Below are positions 14,720 to 23,394 of a stretch of 64,000 bases of DNA, piece by piece. Both the position numbers and the translations under genes were made by a program. Each line of letters starts with the position of its first letter. Position 1 is the stretch's first letter. The stretch comes from Gemmatimonadota bacterium (lineage in GTDB: Bacteria; Gemmatimonadota; Gemmatimonadetes; Gemmatimonadales; GWC2-71-9), in contig JBDHEI010000008.1 of NCBI GenBank assembly GCA_039591075.1, positions 15,984 through 79,983 of the forward strand, in the 5' to 3' direction. The notes beneath the pieces are model-generated. The model was not told the origin of the DNA. It made no database searches and worked only from the letters and a program-made list of their open reading frames with translations.

Positions 14720-15204
14720 CGCTGTTCCAGTCCCAGATCGATGCGCTGGTGAGAGCGCCTGTCCGGTTCGTGGTTGTCGGGGGCGTGGCGGCTGGGCTGC
14801 ACGGGATGGCGCGTGCGACCTTCGACCTCGATATCTGCTATGACCCGGCACCGGATAATCGCGGGCGCCTTGCGGCCGTGCTCGCGGAGTGGAACGCCTA
14901 TCTCCGCGGTGTGGAAGCCGACTTGCCCTTTGTCATGGATGCCCGGCAGCTCGAGATCTCGCCGGTGATGACACTCGCGACGTCGTTGGGGGATCTCGAC
15001 GTCATGGACCGCGTTGAGGGGGTAGGGGACTTCACAGCTGTGCTCGCGAATTCGGTCGAGACAATCGTTGGTGATACACGATTCCGGATTCTGGACCTTC
15101 CCGCGCTGATCAAGGCCAAGCGTGCGGCGAACCGCCAGAAAGACCGCGGGCAGCTGCCGGAGCTGGAGGCGTTGTTGGAAATGAGAGGGCAGATGAACGG
15201 TTAG
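14716..15204 (+). CDS. Pol-beta superfamily small nucleotidyltransferase
   Basis: VVGGVAAGLHG...RATFDLD (GG...DxD) and LIKAKRAANRQKD. Confidence 0.85.
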   Translation: MTLFQSQIDALVRAPVRFVVVGGVAAGLHGMARATFDLDICYDPAPDNRGRLAAVLAEWNAYLRGVEADLPFVMDARQLEISPVMTLATSLGDLDVMDRVEGVGDFTAVLANSVETIVGDTRFRILDLPALIKAKRAANRQKDRGQLPELEALLEMRGQMNG

Positions 15205-15228
15205 GCGGTTGAGCGGTTAGGCGGTTAG
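15196..15228. repeat. Left octamer array / inverted-repeat arm
   Basis: aacggtta ggcggttg agcggtta ggcggtta g. Confidence 0.9.
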
Positions 15229-15290
15229 ATGGTACCGCGGGCGCGGATTTGCATGACACCCGTCAAGCACTGGCGGTCATGTTTCCAGTC

Positions 15291-15668
15291 ATGGCGCCGT
15301 ACGAGCGATTCGAAGCCTTCCGCCTCTGTCACGAGCTCGCACTGATCGTCTATCGGGAGACGACGTTCTTTCCGAAGGCTGAGCAGTACGGTCTGACGTC
15401 ACAGGCTCGAAGAGCCGCATTCTCGGCCGCCGCCAACATCGTCGAGGGATCAGTGAAGCGGGGCGCAGCTGAATTCCGCCGCTATCTGGACATCTCCCTC
15501 GCATCATTGGCCGAGTTGGGTTACGTCATTCGCCTCGCGCACGAGCTCAGTTTGCTGGATGGCGACCAATTTGGGCAAATCGGTGCCGCCCATACTGAAG
15601 CGAGCAAGGCAACCTGGGGTCTCTACGCCTCGATGCGCCGCCAGTCGGCCCAGAAGCCGACCGCCTAA
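15291..15668 (+). CDS. Four-helix-bundle protein (23S rRNA IVP / Avd-like family)
   Basis: FPKAEQYGLTSQARRAAFSAAANIVEG...FRRYLDISLASLAEL signature. Confidence 0.92.
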   Translation: MAPYERFEAFRLCHELALIVYRETTFFPKAEQYGLTSQARRAAFSAAANIVEGSVKRGAAEFRRYLDISLASLAELGYVIRLAHELSLLDGDQFGQIGAAHTEASKATWGLYASMRRQSAQKPTA

Positions 15669-15724
15669 CCGCTCAACCGCCTAACCGTTAAACCGCTCAA
15701 CGGCCTAACCGCCTACCCGCCTAC
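15660..15724. repeat. Right octamer array, 8 units of CCGCCTAA-like sequence
   Basis: ccgcctaa ccgctcaa ccgcctaa ccgttaaa ccgctcaa cggcctaa ccgcctac ccgcctac. Confidence 0.92.
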
Positions 15725-17062
15725 TCTCCTCGTCTTCCGCTTCATGAAGTCCATGAGGATGTACTGACCCAGCGTCATGGTGTTGGTGAAGTAGGCCTTC
15801 CCGCGGCTGATCTCGCACACCTCTTTGACGAACTCCACCAGCATTCGCTCGCGCGCGAGCATGAAAGTGTTGATCATGATCCCCGCTCGCTTGCAGGCGG
15901 ACACCTCGCGAAACGTCTCCCGCAGGATCCGAGGATCGAGGCCCACGGAGTTCACGTACACCCGGCCGTCCGGTAAGGTGAGCGCCGACGGCTTGCCGTC
16001 GGTGATCATGATGATCTGCCGCATGTCCTTCTTCTGCGACAAGAGGATGCGACGGGAGAGCTTGAGTCCCTCGGCGGTGTTGGTGTGGTACGGGCCCACC
16101 TGTGCTTCGGCGAGCCGCCCGAGCGGGATCTCTTCGGCGGTGTCGTGAAACAGCACGACGCGGATCGAGTCGCCGGGGAATTGCGTACCGATGAGGTGCG
16201 ACAGCGCGAGGGCAACCTTCTTGGCAGGGGTGAAGCGGTCCTCCCCGTAGAGAATCATCGAGTGCGAGCAATCGAGCAGGAGCACGGTGGCCGCGCTCGA
16301 GCGATACTCGCTCTGGTGGACCATGAGGTCGGGGTAGTCGAGATCGAGGAAAGGCGGTTCGGCGGTTGACCGGTCGAGCGGATTGGTGTTCCCGACCGCC
16401 CGACCGCTGGACCGCCCGACCGCCTTCTTCAACGTCTCCGGCACGTCGATGTTCATCGTGTCGCCGAACTCGTACGGCTTGGAGGCCGCTTCGGCTTCGA
16501 CCCCGGTGGCGAGGTGCGGGGTGTCATGCGCACCGAAGCTCGACTTGCCGATACTGCCCAGCAGGTCGCGTAACGCTCGGTAACCGAGGAAGTCCAGGCC
16601 CTTGCCGGTGAGGCTGAACTGCACCTGCTGCGCCGCCGACTGGGCCTGCCCGCCCGGGCCGAACATGGGCTGGTGTCCCTCGGGCATCTGCGGGGTCTCC
16701 TGCACGTTGAGGTAACCCTGCTCGATGAGCTTCTGCACGATCTGGTCGATCAAGTCCGCGAGCTGCTGCTGGATCTCGGCGTCTCGTGCTTCGTCACCCG
16801 ATGACTCGCCCCGCAGCACCTGGAGCATCTCCGGCGTGAGCTTGCCCGAATCCACGAGGGCCTGGATGATCGCCGCCTTGAGGGCCTCCAGCGATCGATC
16901 GCCGTCGTCGTGCTCGCCGAACTCTCCCCAGAACGGGTGATACATCGACCCGCCGGCGAACCCCGACTGCAGCAGGAAATCGCTCAGCTGGTCGAGCAGG
17001 TCTTCGAGGTTGACCGCATCGAGCAGCTCGGGGATGTACTTGGAGTACGTCGTGTAGCGCAT
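15713..17062 (-). CDS. VWA domain protein, likely partner of the AAA+ ATPase
   Basis: MIDAS motif [11 protein letters not shown] and ITDGKPS. Start ATG 17062 (MRYTTYSKY). Confidence 0.9.
   Translation of the reverse strand: MRYTTYSKYIPELLDAVNLEDLLDQLSDFLLQSGFAGGSMYHPFWGEFGEHDDGDRSLEALKAAIIQALVDSGKLTPEMLQVLRGESSGDEARDAEIQQQLADLIDQIVQKLIEQGYLNVQETPQMPEGHQPMFGPGGQAQSAAQQVQFSLTGKGLDFLGYRALRDLLGSIGKSSFGAHDTPHLATGVEAEAASKPYEFGDTMNIDVPETLKKAVGRSSGRAVGNTNPLDRSTAEPPFLDLDYPDLMVHQSEYRSSAATVLLLDCSHSMILYGEDRFTPAKKVALALSHLIGTQFPGDSIRVVLFHDTAEEIPLGRLAEAQVGPYHTNTAEGLKLSRRILLSQKKDMRQIIMITDGKPSALTLPDGRVYVNSVGLDPRILRETFREVSACKRAGIMINTFMLARERMLVEFVKEVCEISRGKAYFTNTMTLGQYILMDFMKRKTRRVGG
16353..16424. repeat. In-frame 72-bp element of inverted degenerate octamers inside the VWA gene
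   Basis: ggcggttc ggcggttg accggtcg agcggatt ... cgaccgcc cgaccgct ggaccgcc cgaccgcc. Confidence 0.75.
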
Positions 17063-17082
17063 GGAGTCTGCCTTCTCACGCT

Positions 17083-17153
17083 CAGCGCACAGTGCACAGC
17101 GCACAGCGCACCGGCGTGGGTCTTCTGAAACGTGAACGGTGAAAGGTGAAAAG
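17083..17153. repeat. Two intergenic heptamer arrays
   Basis: CAG(C/T)GCA x4 at 17083-17110 and TGAAAGG-like x4 at 17126-17153. Confidence 0.8.
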
Positions 17154-17184
17154 GGAACCTCACGGTGGCATTTGGCATCCAGCG

Positions 17185-18411
17185 CTACCGTGTCGCCCGT
17201 ACCTCCGCCGACCGGAGCACGAGCCCAATCGCCACCGCCGCCGTCACGGTCCCGCCAATCGCGATGGCATTCCCGGCCCCCAACCACTCGGCCACGGATC
17301 CGGCCTGGAGCGCCCCGAACGGGCTCAGGCCCACGAAGGCCCAGGCGTAGAACGCCACCACGCGTGAGCGCAGCTCGTAGGGGGCAAGGGTCTGGACCAG
17401 CGTGTTGGTGATCGCCGTTGTCACGATCATCGAGCAGCCCAGGCACGCCAGGAGCACCAGCGACACTGCCAGCGAACGCGAAAGCCCGAACAGGATCACC
17501 GAGACGCCGAACGCCGTGGTGCTCCAGCCAAGTAGGTGACCGCGCGGAAGCTTGTGGCCGAATACCGCAATGGTGAGCGCGCCGATGAGCGCGCCCACGC
17601 CCATGGCCGACATCATCCAGCCGTACTCCTGTGCACCGCGTCCGAGGACGTCCCGGGCCACCACCGGCAGCAGCACCAGAGCGGGGAGGCCGAACACACT
17701 GATGACGGCGATGTTGAGGATGAGGATCCGGGTCCGCCGCTCATCGATCACGTGCCTGAACCCACGGCCCAGTCGCACCCACGCCGACTCTGCAGCGCTG
17801 GTTCGCCCCGTCATGGTCGATACCCGCACGGCGACGAGCGCTCCGATCACGGCCAAGTAGGACACGGCATTGAGGAGGAAGCAGAGACCCACGCCCACGG
17901 CCGCAATGACAATGCCGGCGATTGCCGGACCTACGATGCGGGTGGCGTTGAATGCCGAGGAGTTGAGTGCGATGGCATTGGTCAGGTCGTCCTTCCCGAC
18001 CATGTCGACCACGAGCGCGTGGCGCGCGGGGATATCGAAGGCGTTCGCCGTGCCCAGAAGCGCAGCAAGCACCACGATGTGCCACAGGGCGATCGTGTCA
18101 GCGAGTACGAGGACGGCCAAGGCCAGCGCGAACACCATGGCCGCCGTCTGCGTGACGATCACCATTGGCCTGCGCGGCACGCGATCGGCCAAGACCCCCG
18201 CGTAGAGTGTAAACACGAGCACGGGAAGCGAGCCAAGCGCATCGATCAGCCCGACCCAGAACGCGGAATCCGTGAGCTCGAGGACCAGCCACGACTGGGC
18301 CACGCGCTGCATCCACACGCCCAGGAGCGACACCACGAATCCGGCGTAGAACAGCCGGAAGTCACGGTGCTGGAGCGCGGGGAAGATGGGTGGCCGGCTG
18401 CGAGGCCGAAT
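17185..18411 (-). CDS. MFS transporter; start unresolved
   Basis: FPALQHRDFRLFYAG...WMQRVAQSWLV, GVLADRVPRR, NSSAFNATRIVGPAIAG. No canonical in-frame start upstream of the conserved N-terminus. Confidence 0.88.
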   Translation of the reverse strand: MRPRSRPPIFPALQHRDFRLFYAGFVVSLLGVWMQRVAQSWLVLELTDSAFWVGLIDALGSLPVLVFTLYAGVLADRVPRRPMVIVTQTAAMVFALALAVLVLADTIALWHIVVLAALLGTANAFDIPARHALVVDMVGKDDLTNAIALNSSAFNATRIVGPAIAGIVIAAVGVGLCFLLNAVSYLAVIGALVAVRVSTMTGRTSAAESAWVRLGRGFRHVIDERRTRILILNIAVISVFGLPALVLLPVVARDVLGRGAQEYGWMMSAMGVGALIGALTIAVFGHKLPRGHLLGWSTTAFGVSVILFGLSRSLAVSLVLLACLGCSMIVTTAITNTLVQTLAPYELRSRVVAFYAWAFVGLSPFGALQAGSVAEWLGAGNAIAIGGTVTAAVAIGLVLRSAEVRATR

Positions 18412-18494
18412 GTCGGGGAGTGAGGGGGGAGGGAGGGGGGGAAAGGCTGGGCGGACGGACTGGTGTCATGCATCGCGATCTGTTACCCCTCGGT

Positions 18495-18550
18495 CCGCCT
18501 AACCGCCTAACCGCCTAACCGCCTAACCGCCTAACCGCCTAACCGCCTAC
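18495..18550. repeat. Octamer tandem array (CCGCCTAA)x6 plus one variant
   Basis: Six perfect copies at 18495-18542, then ccgcctac. Confidence 0.97.
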
Positions 18551-19180
18551 CCACCCTCGCAGCCGCGCAGCCTCGATCACGAGGCCCGCCGCGTCGTCGT
18601 AGTCGAAGACACCGGTGTTGATCACCAGGTGATAGTTGTCGGCGTTGTCCCAGTCGCGGTCGTAGTAGGTCTCCACGTAGCGACGGCGCCCTGCATCGGT
18701 GCGATCGACCGTGTCTTCAGCTTTGTCCCTGCTCAGGTCGAGGCGACGTACGGCCGCCTGCACCCGCACCTCGCGCGGCGCGACGATGAACACGTGTAAG
18801 GCGTCGTCCCGTTGAGCGAGGCATGCCTGCGCTCCCCGTCCCACCATGATGAGACGTGGCGCTTCCCGTACGGCCTGTTGGATGACGGCTTCGGTGGCAC
18901 GCACCAGTTCGGCCTCGTCGGCTAGGCGACCCGCTGGCGGTTCTGCGGCCGTGACGAAGACTTCGGGAGACGAGACGGCGAGTGCGCGGGCCAACCGCTC
19001 CACCAACGAGGGAACGCGCTCCTCACGCTCCTCGACCTCCAGACGCGGTACCCCGGTCTCCACGGCCACCCGGTCCACGAACTCGTTGTCGATGAGTGGC
19101 CAGCCCAGCCGCTCCGCGATGCGCTTGGCGATGTCCGACCCGCCGGACGCGTACTGGCGTGAGATCGTGATGACCGGCAT
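18539..19180 (-). CDS. Cytidylate-kinase-like family protein
   Basis: ITISRQYASGGSDIA, VGRGA, RRRYVETYY...YHLVINT. Confidence 0.88.
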   Translation of the reverse strand: MPVITISRQYASGGSDIAKRIAERLGWPLIDNEFVDRVAVETGVPRLEVEEREERVPSLVERLARALAVSSPEVFVTAAEPPAGRLADEAELVRATEAVIQQAVREAPRLIMVGRGAQACLAQRDDALHVFIVAPREVRVQAAVRRLDLSRDKAEDTVDRTDAGRRRYVETYYDRDWDNADNYHLVINTGVFDYDDAAGLVIEAARLRGWVGG

Positions 19181-19192
19181 TGGAGTCGCGAC

Positions 19193-20659
19193 TCAGCCGA
19201 AGATCTGCTGACCGCCCGGCCCGCCGGGGCCACCAGGGCCTCGCATACGACTGCGGACGTAGCCGAGTTCGTCGGACCGGGAGATCCGTTTCTGCGCGAC
19301 GAGCCCTTCGAGAATCAGCTCACACGCCGCCACAACGGAGCCCGGGTCGTTTCTGGGAGCGAGTCCGACGAGGTCGACGGCGTCCAGCAGGCTCGGCACG
19401 GTGGCGAACCCCTTGAGGCAGAGCTTGGCGGCTTCGTGTTGGGAGAGTTTCAGGGCGCCACCCTGATCGAACCACTCGACGATGCTGTCGCAGTCCAGTC
19501 CGCCGCAACGGTTCTCGAACGTCTTGCCGGCGGCTCGTCGCACGAGATCGCGCGCGATGATCTCGGCACCCTGCAGCTCGCCTTCGTACTCCAGCTCGAT
19601 CTTTCCGGTGATGGCCGGGAGCGCGCGGTAGAGATCGGCAATTCGGGGAACGATCCGTGCTTCCTTCTTCATGATGGCGCGCTGTTCGGCGCTGGACACG
19701 ACGTTCTCCAATACCGCGATGGGGAGCCGCTGGCTCACGCCCGATCGACGATCGATGCGCTTGTCCTCCCTGGCCTCGAAGGCGATGCGCTCCACCAACT
19801 CCCGAATGAAATCGGGGACCTCGACGGGGATGCCGTCCCGCGCCACCCACGCCTCCTGCTCGGTGATCTCCATCCCGTGGTCGATCGTGACGGGATAGTG
19901 CGTGAGGATCTCGCTGCCAACTCGGTCCTTCAGCGGCGTGATGATCTTGCCCCGAGCGGTGTAGTCCTCGGGGTTGGCCGAGAACACCAGCAGCACGTCG
20001 AGCGGCAGTCGGATGGGATAGCCTTTGATCTGGACGTCGCCTTCCTGCATGATGTTGAACAGTCCCACCTGGATCTTCCCTGCCAGGTCCGGCAGCTCGT
20101 TGATCGCGAAGATCCCGCGGTTGCTCCGCGGCAGCAGACCGTAGTGGATGGTCAGCTCGTCCGACAGCAGATGCCCGCCGCGGGCGGCCTTGATCGGGTC
20201 GACGTCACCGATGATGTCGGCGATCGTGACGTCGGGGGTCGCGAGCTTCTCCACGTAGCGGCGGTGGCGCGGAATCCACTCGATCGGCGTCCGGTCACCG
20301 CGCTCGTCGAGGAGCTGCCGGCCGAACTTCGAGATCGGACCGAACGGGTTGTCGTTCACCTCGCTCCCGGCGATGATCGGGATCTCCTCGTCCAGCAGGT
20401 CCACGAGCTGGCGGAGGATGCGGCTCTTGGCCTGTCCCCGAAGGCCCAGCAGGATGAAGTTGTGGCGGGCGAGCACCGCGTTCACGGCCTGCGGCACGAC
20501 GGAGTCCTCGAACCCCACGATGCCGGGGAAGAGTTCCTGGTCCGCGTCGAGCATGCGAACCAGATTCTGGCGCATTTCGTCCTTCACGGACCGCCCGTGC
20601 ACGCGGGGATCGGCCCACTCGGTCTGCTTCAGGTCGGCAAGGGTCGAAGGCTTAGTCAT
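19193..20659 (-). CDS. Mg-chelatase/MoxR-like AAA+ ATPase
   Basis: Variant Walker A GLRGQAKS, variant Walker B FAINELPDL, SANPEDYT, LKDR. Confidence 0.88.
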   Translation of the reverse strand: MTKPSTLADLKQTEWADPRVHGRSVKDEMRQNLVRMLDADQELFPGIVGFEDSVVPQAVNAVLARHNFILLGLRGQAKSRILRQLVDLLDEEIPIIAGSEVNDNPFGPISKFGRQLLDERGDRTPIEWIPRHRRYVEKLATPDVTIADIIGDVDPIKAARGGHLLSDELTIHYGLLPRSNRGIFAINELPDLAGKIQVGLFNIMQEGDVQIKGYPIRLPLDVLLVFSANPEDYTARGKIITPLKDRVGSEILTHYPVTIDHGMEITEQEAWVARDGIPVEVPDFIRELVERIAFEAREDKRIDRRSGVSQRLPIAVLENVVSSAEQRAIMKKEARIVPRIADLYRALPAITGKIELEYEGELQGAEIIARDLVRRAAGKTFENRCGGLDCDSIVEWFDQGGALKLSQHEAAKLCLKGFATVPSLLDAVDLVGLAPRNDPGSVVAACELILEGLVAQKRISRSDELGYVRSRMRGPGGPGGPGGQQIFG

Positions 20660-20738
20660 GTAGTAATGATAACGACCAACGCGAGGCCGACGGCGGTCCG
20701 GGACCAGCGTGAGAGGAGGACCGTCCCTCGATTCGCGG

Positions 20739-23057
20739 TCACCGCAGCCGCAGCCCCGAGAGGCGCACGGCAATCACACCCCAGCCACGGACCGACACGG
20801 CGATCCCTCCGGGAACGGGCGTCGCCGGCTCCGCTATATCCCGGCCCAGCAGGTCCACCCGGCGAGCCTCGTCGAATGCCAACAACCCATACCCGAGCGT
20901 GAGGGACCGAGCGGTTCCTGACAGATCCTGGAGATAGACGATCATGCTGATTCCGTCGGCCTCCGGCTCGATGCCCACGATCGCCGCGTCCTTCTGATCC
21001 AGGACAAACGGACTCCCGAACCGGGGTATCCGGCCCGTCGGACTCCCGAGAACCGGCGCTGCCACGAGCGGCTCGCTGTCCCATCCGAAGCGGGCGCACT
21101 CCGCCACGGAGAGCGGTGCGTCGGCCGTAGCAATGCGGTATCGGGCCCGGTCGGCTGGGGCGTGGCTCGTCACCGTGCCGTCCTCGTCCACATCGAAGTG
21201 CGGCGCATCGATTCCCCGGAACAGCGCCACCCCGCTGCCTGACTGGAGGGCGATCCACCGCAGGTGCACTGCCCCCTCTACGGGCGATGTAGTGCCGCGA
21301 TGCCCGGCGGGGATCTCCCACCGGGTGAGAGGATACGGTAGAGCAAACGCGAACTCGTACCGCGCGACACCGATGGCCTCCACGGCGACGTTCTCGATGT
21401 CGATCCGGGGCAGGGCGTCGTACACGGTGACCACGCTGGTAAAGGCTCCCAACCGTGGCGAGCGGCGCCACGCCGTGAGACGGGTACCGACCCCGGCGAC
21501 GGTCTCGACCAGGTGGTCTTGGAGGATCGAGCCGTCCACGGTGTTGAGTCCCGCAACACGGGCCCACTCCCGACCGGTTCGTCGGTCCCGGAGCGAATTG
21601 ATGGCGCCGGTTCGGTCGTCGAGTTCCAGGCGCAGCACCGCTCCCGAGAGGCTACGGGAGACCAGCGGAGCGACGGCCGGATCATCAGCAGGTGATCCCG
21701 GCGGCTCGAGGATGAACGCATGGCCCAGGGGAGGGACGTCGGTGACGATCACCGTTCGTCCCTCAGCCAGTGTGACGACGTCCGTCCGTCGATGCGGCGC
21801 GGGATTCACGACGAGGTGGCCGGGGAACGTCGTGTCGATCGCCGCCGCCAGCGTACCGAGCGGGTCACTCGCCCGATCGCCGCCCACGACGGTGGCGATG
21901 GGGAGCAGCATGGACTCGACGCGTCGCGCGTAGGCCGCTCGGCGTTCGTCGACGAGGGCCGTCAACTCCCCGGGCGACGGGAGCGCCTGGGTGCCTACTT
22001 GGACCGCGGCTTGGAATGGTTGGACCCCTTCGGTCGGGAGCAGCGCGTGCAGATCGTCGGATCCGCCGATCACGATATGCGGGTACGCAAACCGGCGGTT
22101 CCACTCCCGCACGTTGAGTAGCATGGCCGCCAGCGTGTCGTCGGTCTCCGTGCCCAGCACGAACGTCATCGGTCCACTCCCGCCAGCAACCGGCACTGCC
22201 GATGGCGACCACGACAGGAACGTCTCAACCCGTCGGGCCATGACGTCCTGGGAGTCGGTGAAGGCCAGCGCCTGCGGGTCCGCGCCGGCCGGGAACATGG
22301 TAGTCACCAGTCGGGTGCCATCGGGGCTCTCCCACCACCGGGCCACCCCGTCGGCCGGCTCACGACGGATGACGTGGCGCACCCCGGATCCCGCAAGGGC
22401 CATCGCGGCCGTGGGTGGCACTCGGTCCGGCACATCGACGAGTGCCACGGAACTCGTGCGAATACCGATCCGCCGCTCGAGATTTCGACCAACGCCTCCC
22501 AGGCGGAGAAACTCGACGTGGTCCAGCGTCGCAAGATGCGCGGTGGATGGCAGCGGGTTCACGGTCACGCCGGCTTCGCGCCACAAGGTGGCGAGCACAG
22601 CCTGGTTCAACATTGGGATCTCGTCGAGACGGCGCTCGAGCGCCACCGGATCGGTGATGGTGAGCCAGATCAGTGTCCACCGGGGTGCGGGGGAGAGCCG
22701 GTGGGTGGTCCGATGGATGCCGCGAATGCCCGGTGCTTCCAGCTCGCTCACGAGCAGTGACTGGTCCTCGACCCGTAGCCAGAGTTCACCGAACAGCCCG
22801 TCGTTGGACCGCAATACACCGGCGGTGCCGAGGAGTCGGCGGCCGCGATCGTACACGCGCAGCCTGCCTGCCGGGGCATCGATCCCCGCAGCGAGGAACC
22901 TGACGAGACTGGCCTGGCCATCGGGCTGGCGATAGAACGGTGTCGACTCGGCGGTCACCGTGGGTGCATCCACCCGGGCGCTGAGCGGCGACGGGCGGGC
23001 CACGATGCCGGCGATCGAGCCGGTCACCATCGACAGGAACGTTCGACGGTCCGTCAT
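20739..23057 (-). CDS. Tat-exported protein with degenerate GH38-like architecture
   Basis: MTDRRTFL twin-arginine signal; WWESPDGTRL, VPPLG, LDDRTGAINSLRD resemble GH38 segments. Confidence 0.6.
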   Translation of the reverse strand: MTDRRTFLSMVTGSIAGIVARPSPLSARVDAPTVTAESTPFYRQPDGQASLVRFLAAGIDAPAGRLRVYDRGRRLLGTAGVLRSNDGLFGELWLRVEDQSLLVSELEAPGIRGIHRTTHRLSPAPRWTLIWLTITDPVALERRLDEIPMLNQAVLATLWREAGVTVNPLPSTAHLATLDHVEFLRLGGVGRNLERRIGIRTSSVALVDVPDRVPPTAAMALAGSGVRHVIRREPADGVARWWESPDGTRLVTTMFPAGADPQALAFTDSQDVMARRVETFLSWSPSAVPVAGGSGPMTFVLGTETDDTLAAMLLNVREWNRRFAYPHIVIGGSDDLHALLPTEGVQPFQAAVQVGTQALPSPGELTALVDERRAAYARRVESMLLPIATVVGGDRASDPLGTLAAAIDTTFPGHLVVNPAPHRRTDVVTLAEGRTVIVTDVPPLGHAFILEPPGSPADDPAVAPLVSRSLSGAVLRLELDDRTGAINSLRDRRTGREWARVAGLNTVDGSILQDHLVETVAGVGTRLTAWRRSPRLGAFTSVVTVYDALPRIDIENVAVEAIGVARYEFAFALPYPLTRWEIPAGHRGTTSPVEGAVHLRWIALQSGSGVALFRGIDAPHFDVDEDGTVTSHAPADRARYRIATADAPLSVAECARFGWDSEPLVAAPVLGSPTGRIPRFGSPFVLDQKDAAIVGIEPEADGISMIVYLQDLSGTARSLTLGYGLLAFDEARRVDLLGRDIAEPATPVPGGIAVSVRGWGVIAVRLSGLRLR

Positions 23058-23166
23058 GCGGGAGTGCCTCGGTCAGACACGCGCGGGTCCGTCGCGCGCC
23101 GTTCGCGAGGCTAACTTCCAGTCGCGACCCGCGGTCTCACCCATCGACGCAACCGGAGGTTGGTGC

Positions 23167-23346
23167 ATGAAATGGCTCGTCATCGTGCTGGCAATGATAG
23201 TCTCGGTGTCGTGTACCGATCGATCGGAGGACGCGGACCAGTCCCTCGACACGACTCCCGCCGTCTTGGTGCCGGCACCCACGGACTCCGCCGCCCCGGA
23301 TTCCATCATGGCGCGAGATACGGCGCGGCTGCCGGCAGAGCGGTAG
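23167..23346 (+). CDS. Small putative lipoprotein
   Basis: ggagg RBS, MKWLVIVLAMIVSVSC signal peptide with lipobox-like Cys. Confidence 0.6.
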   Translation: MKWLVIVLAMIVSVSCTDRSEDADQSLDTTPAVLVPAPTDSAAPDSIMARDTARLPAER

Positions 23347-23394
23347 GTCACGTACCGAGGCTGTGTCACGGCTGGGCGTGAAAGAGGTATTGCG

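Larger units (their letters stand above)
15196..15689. mobile_element. Putative repeat-bounded cassette carrying a four-helix-bundle gene
   Basis: 15196-15225 is the exact reverse complement of 15660-15689 (30 bp). No transposase and no obvious target-site duplication. Confidence 0.55.

Noticed and set aside
15291-15668. Diversity-generating retroelement or rRNA intervening sequence
   Set aside because: No reverse transcriptase, TR/VR pair or rRNA gene is visible in the window.
18495-18550. CRISPR array or true telomere repeat
   Set aside because: The units are 8 bp with no spacers and no cas genes. The resemblance to TTAGG telomere repeats is superficial and the site is internal.
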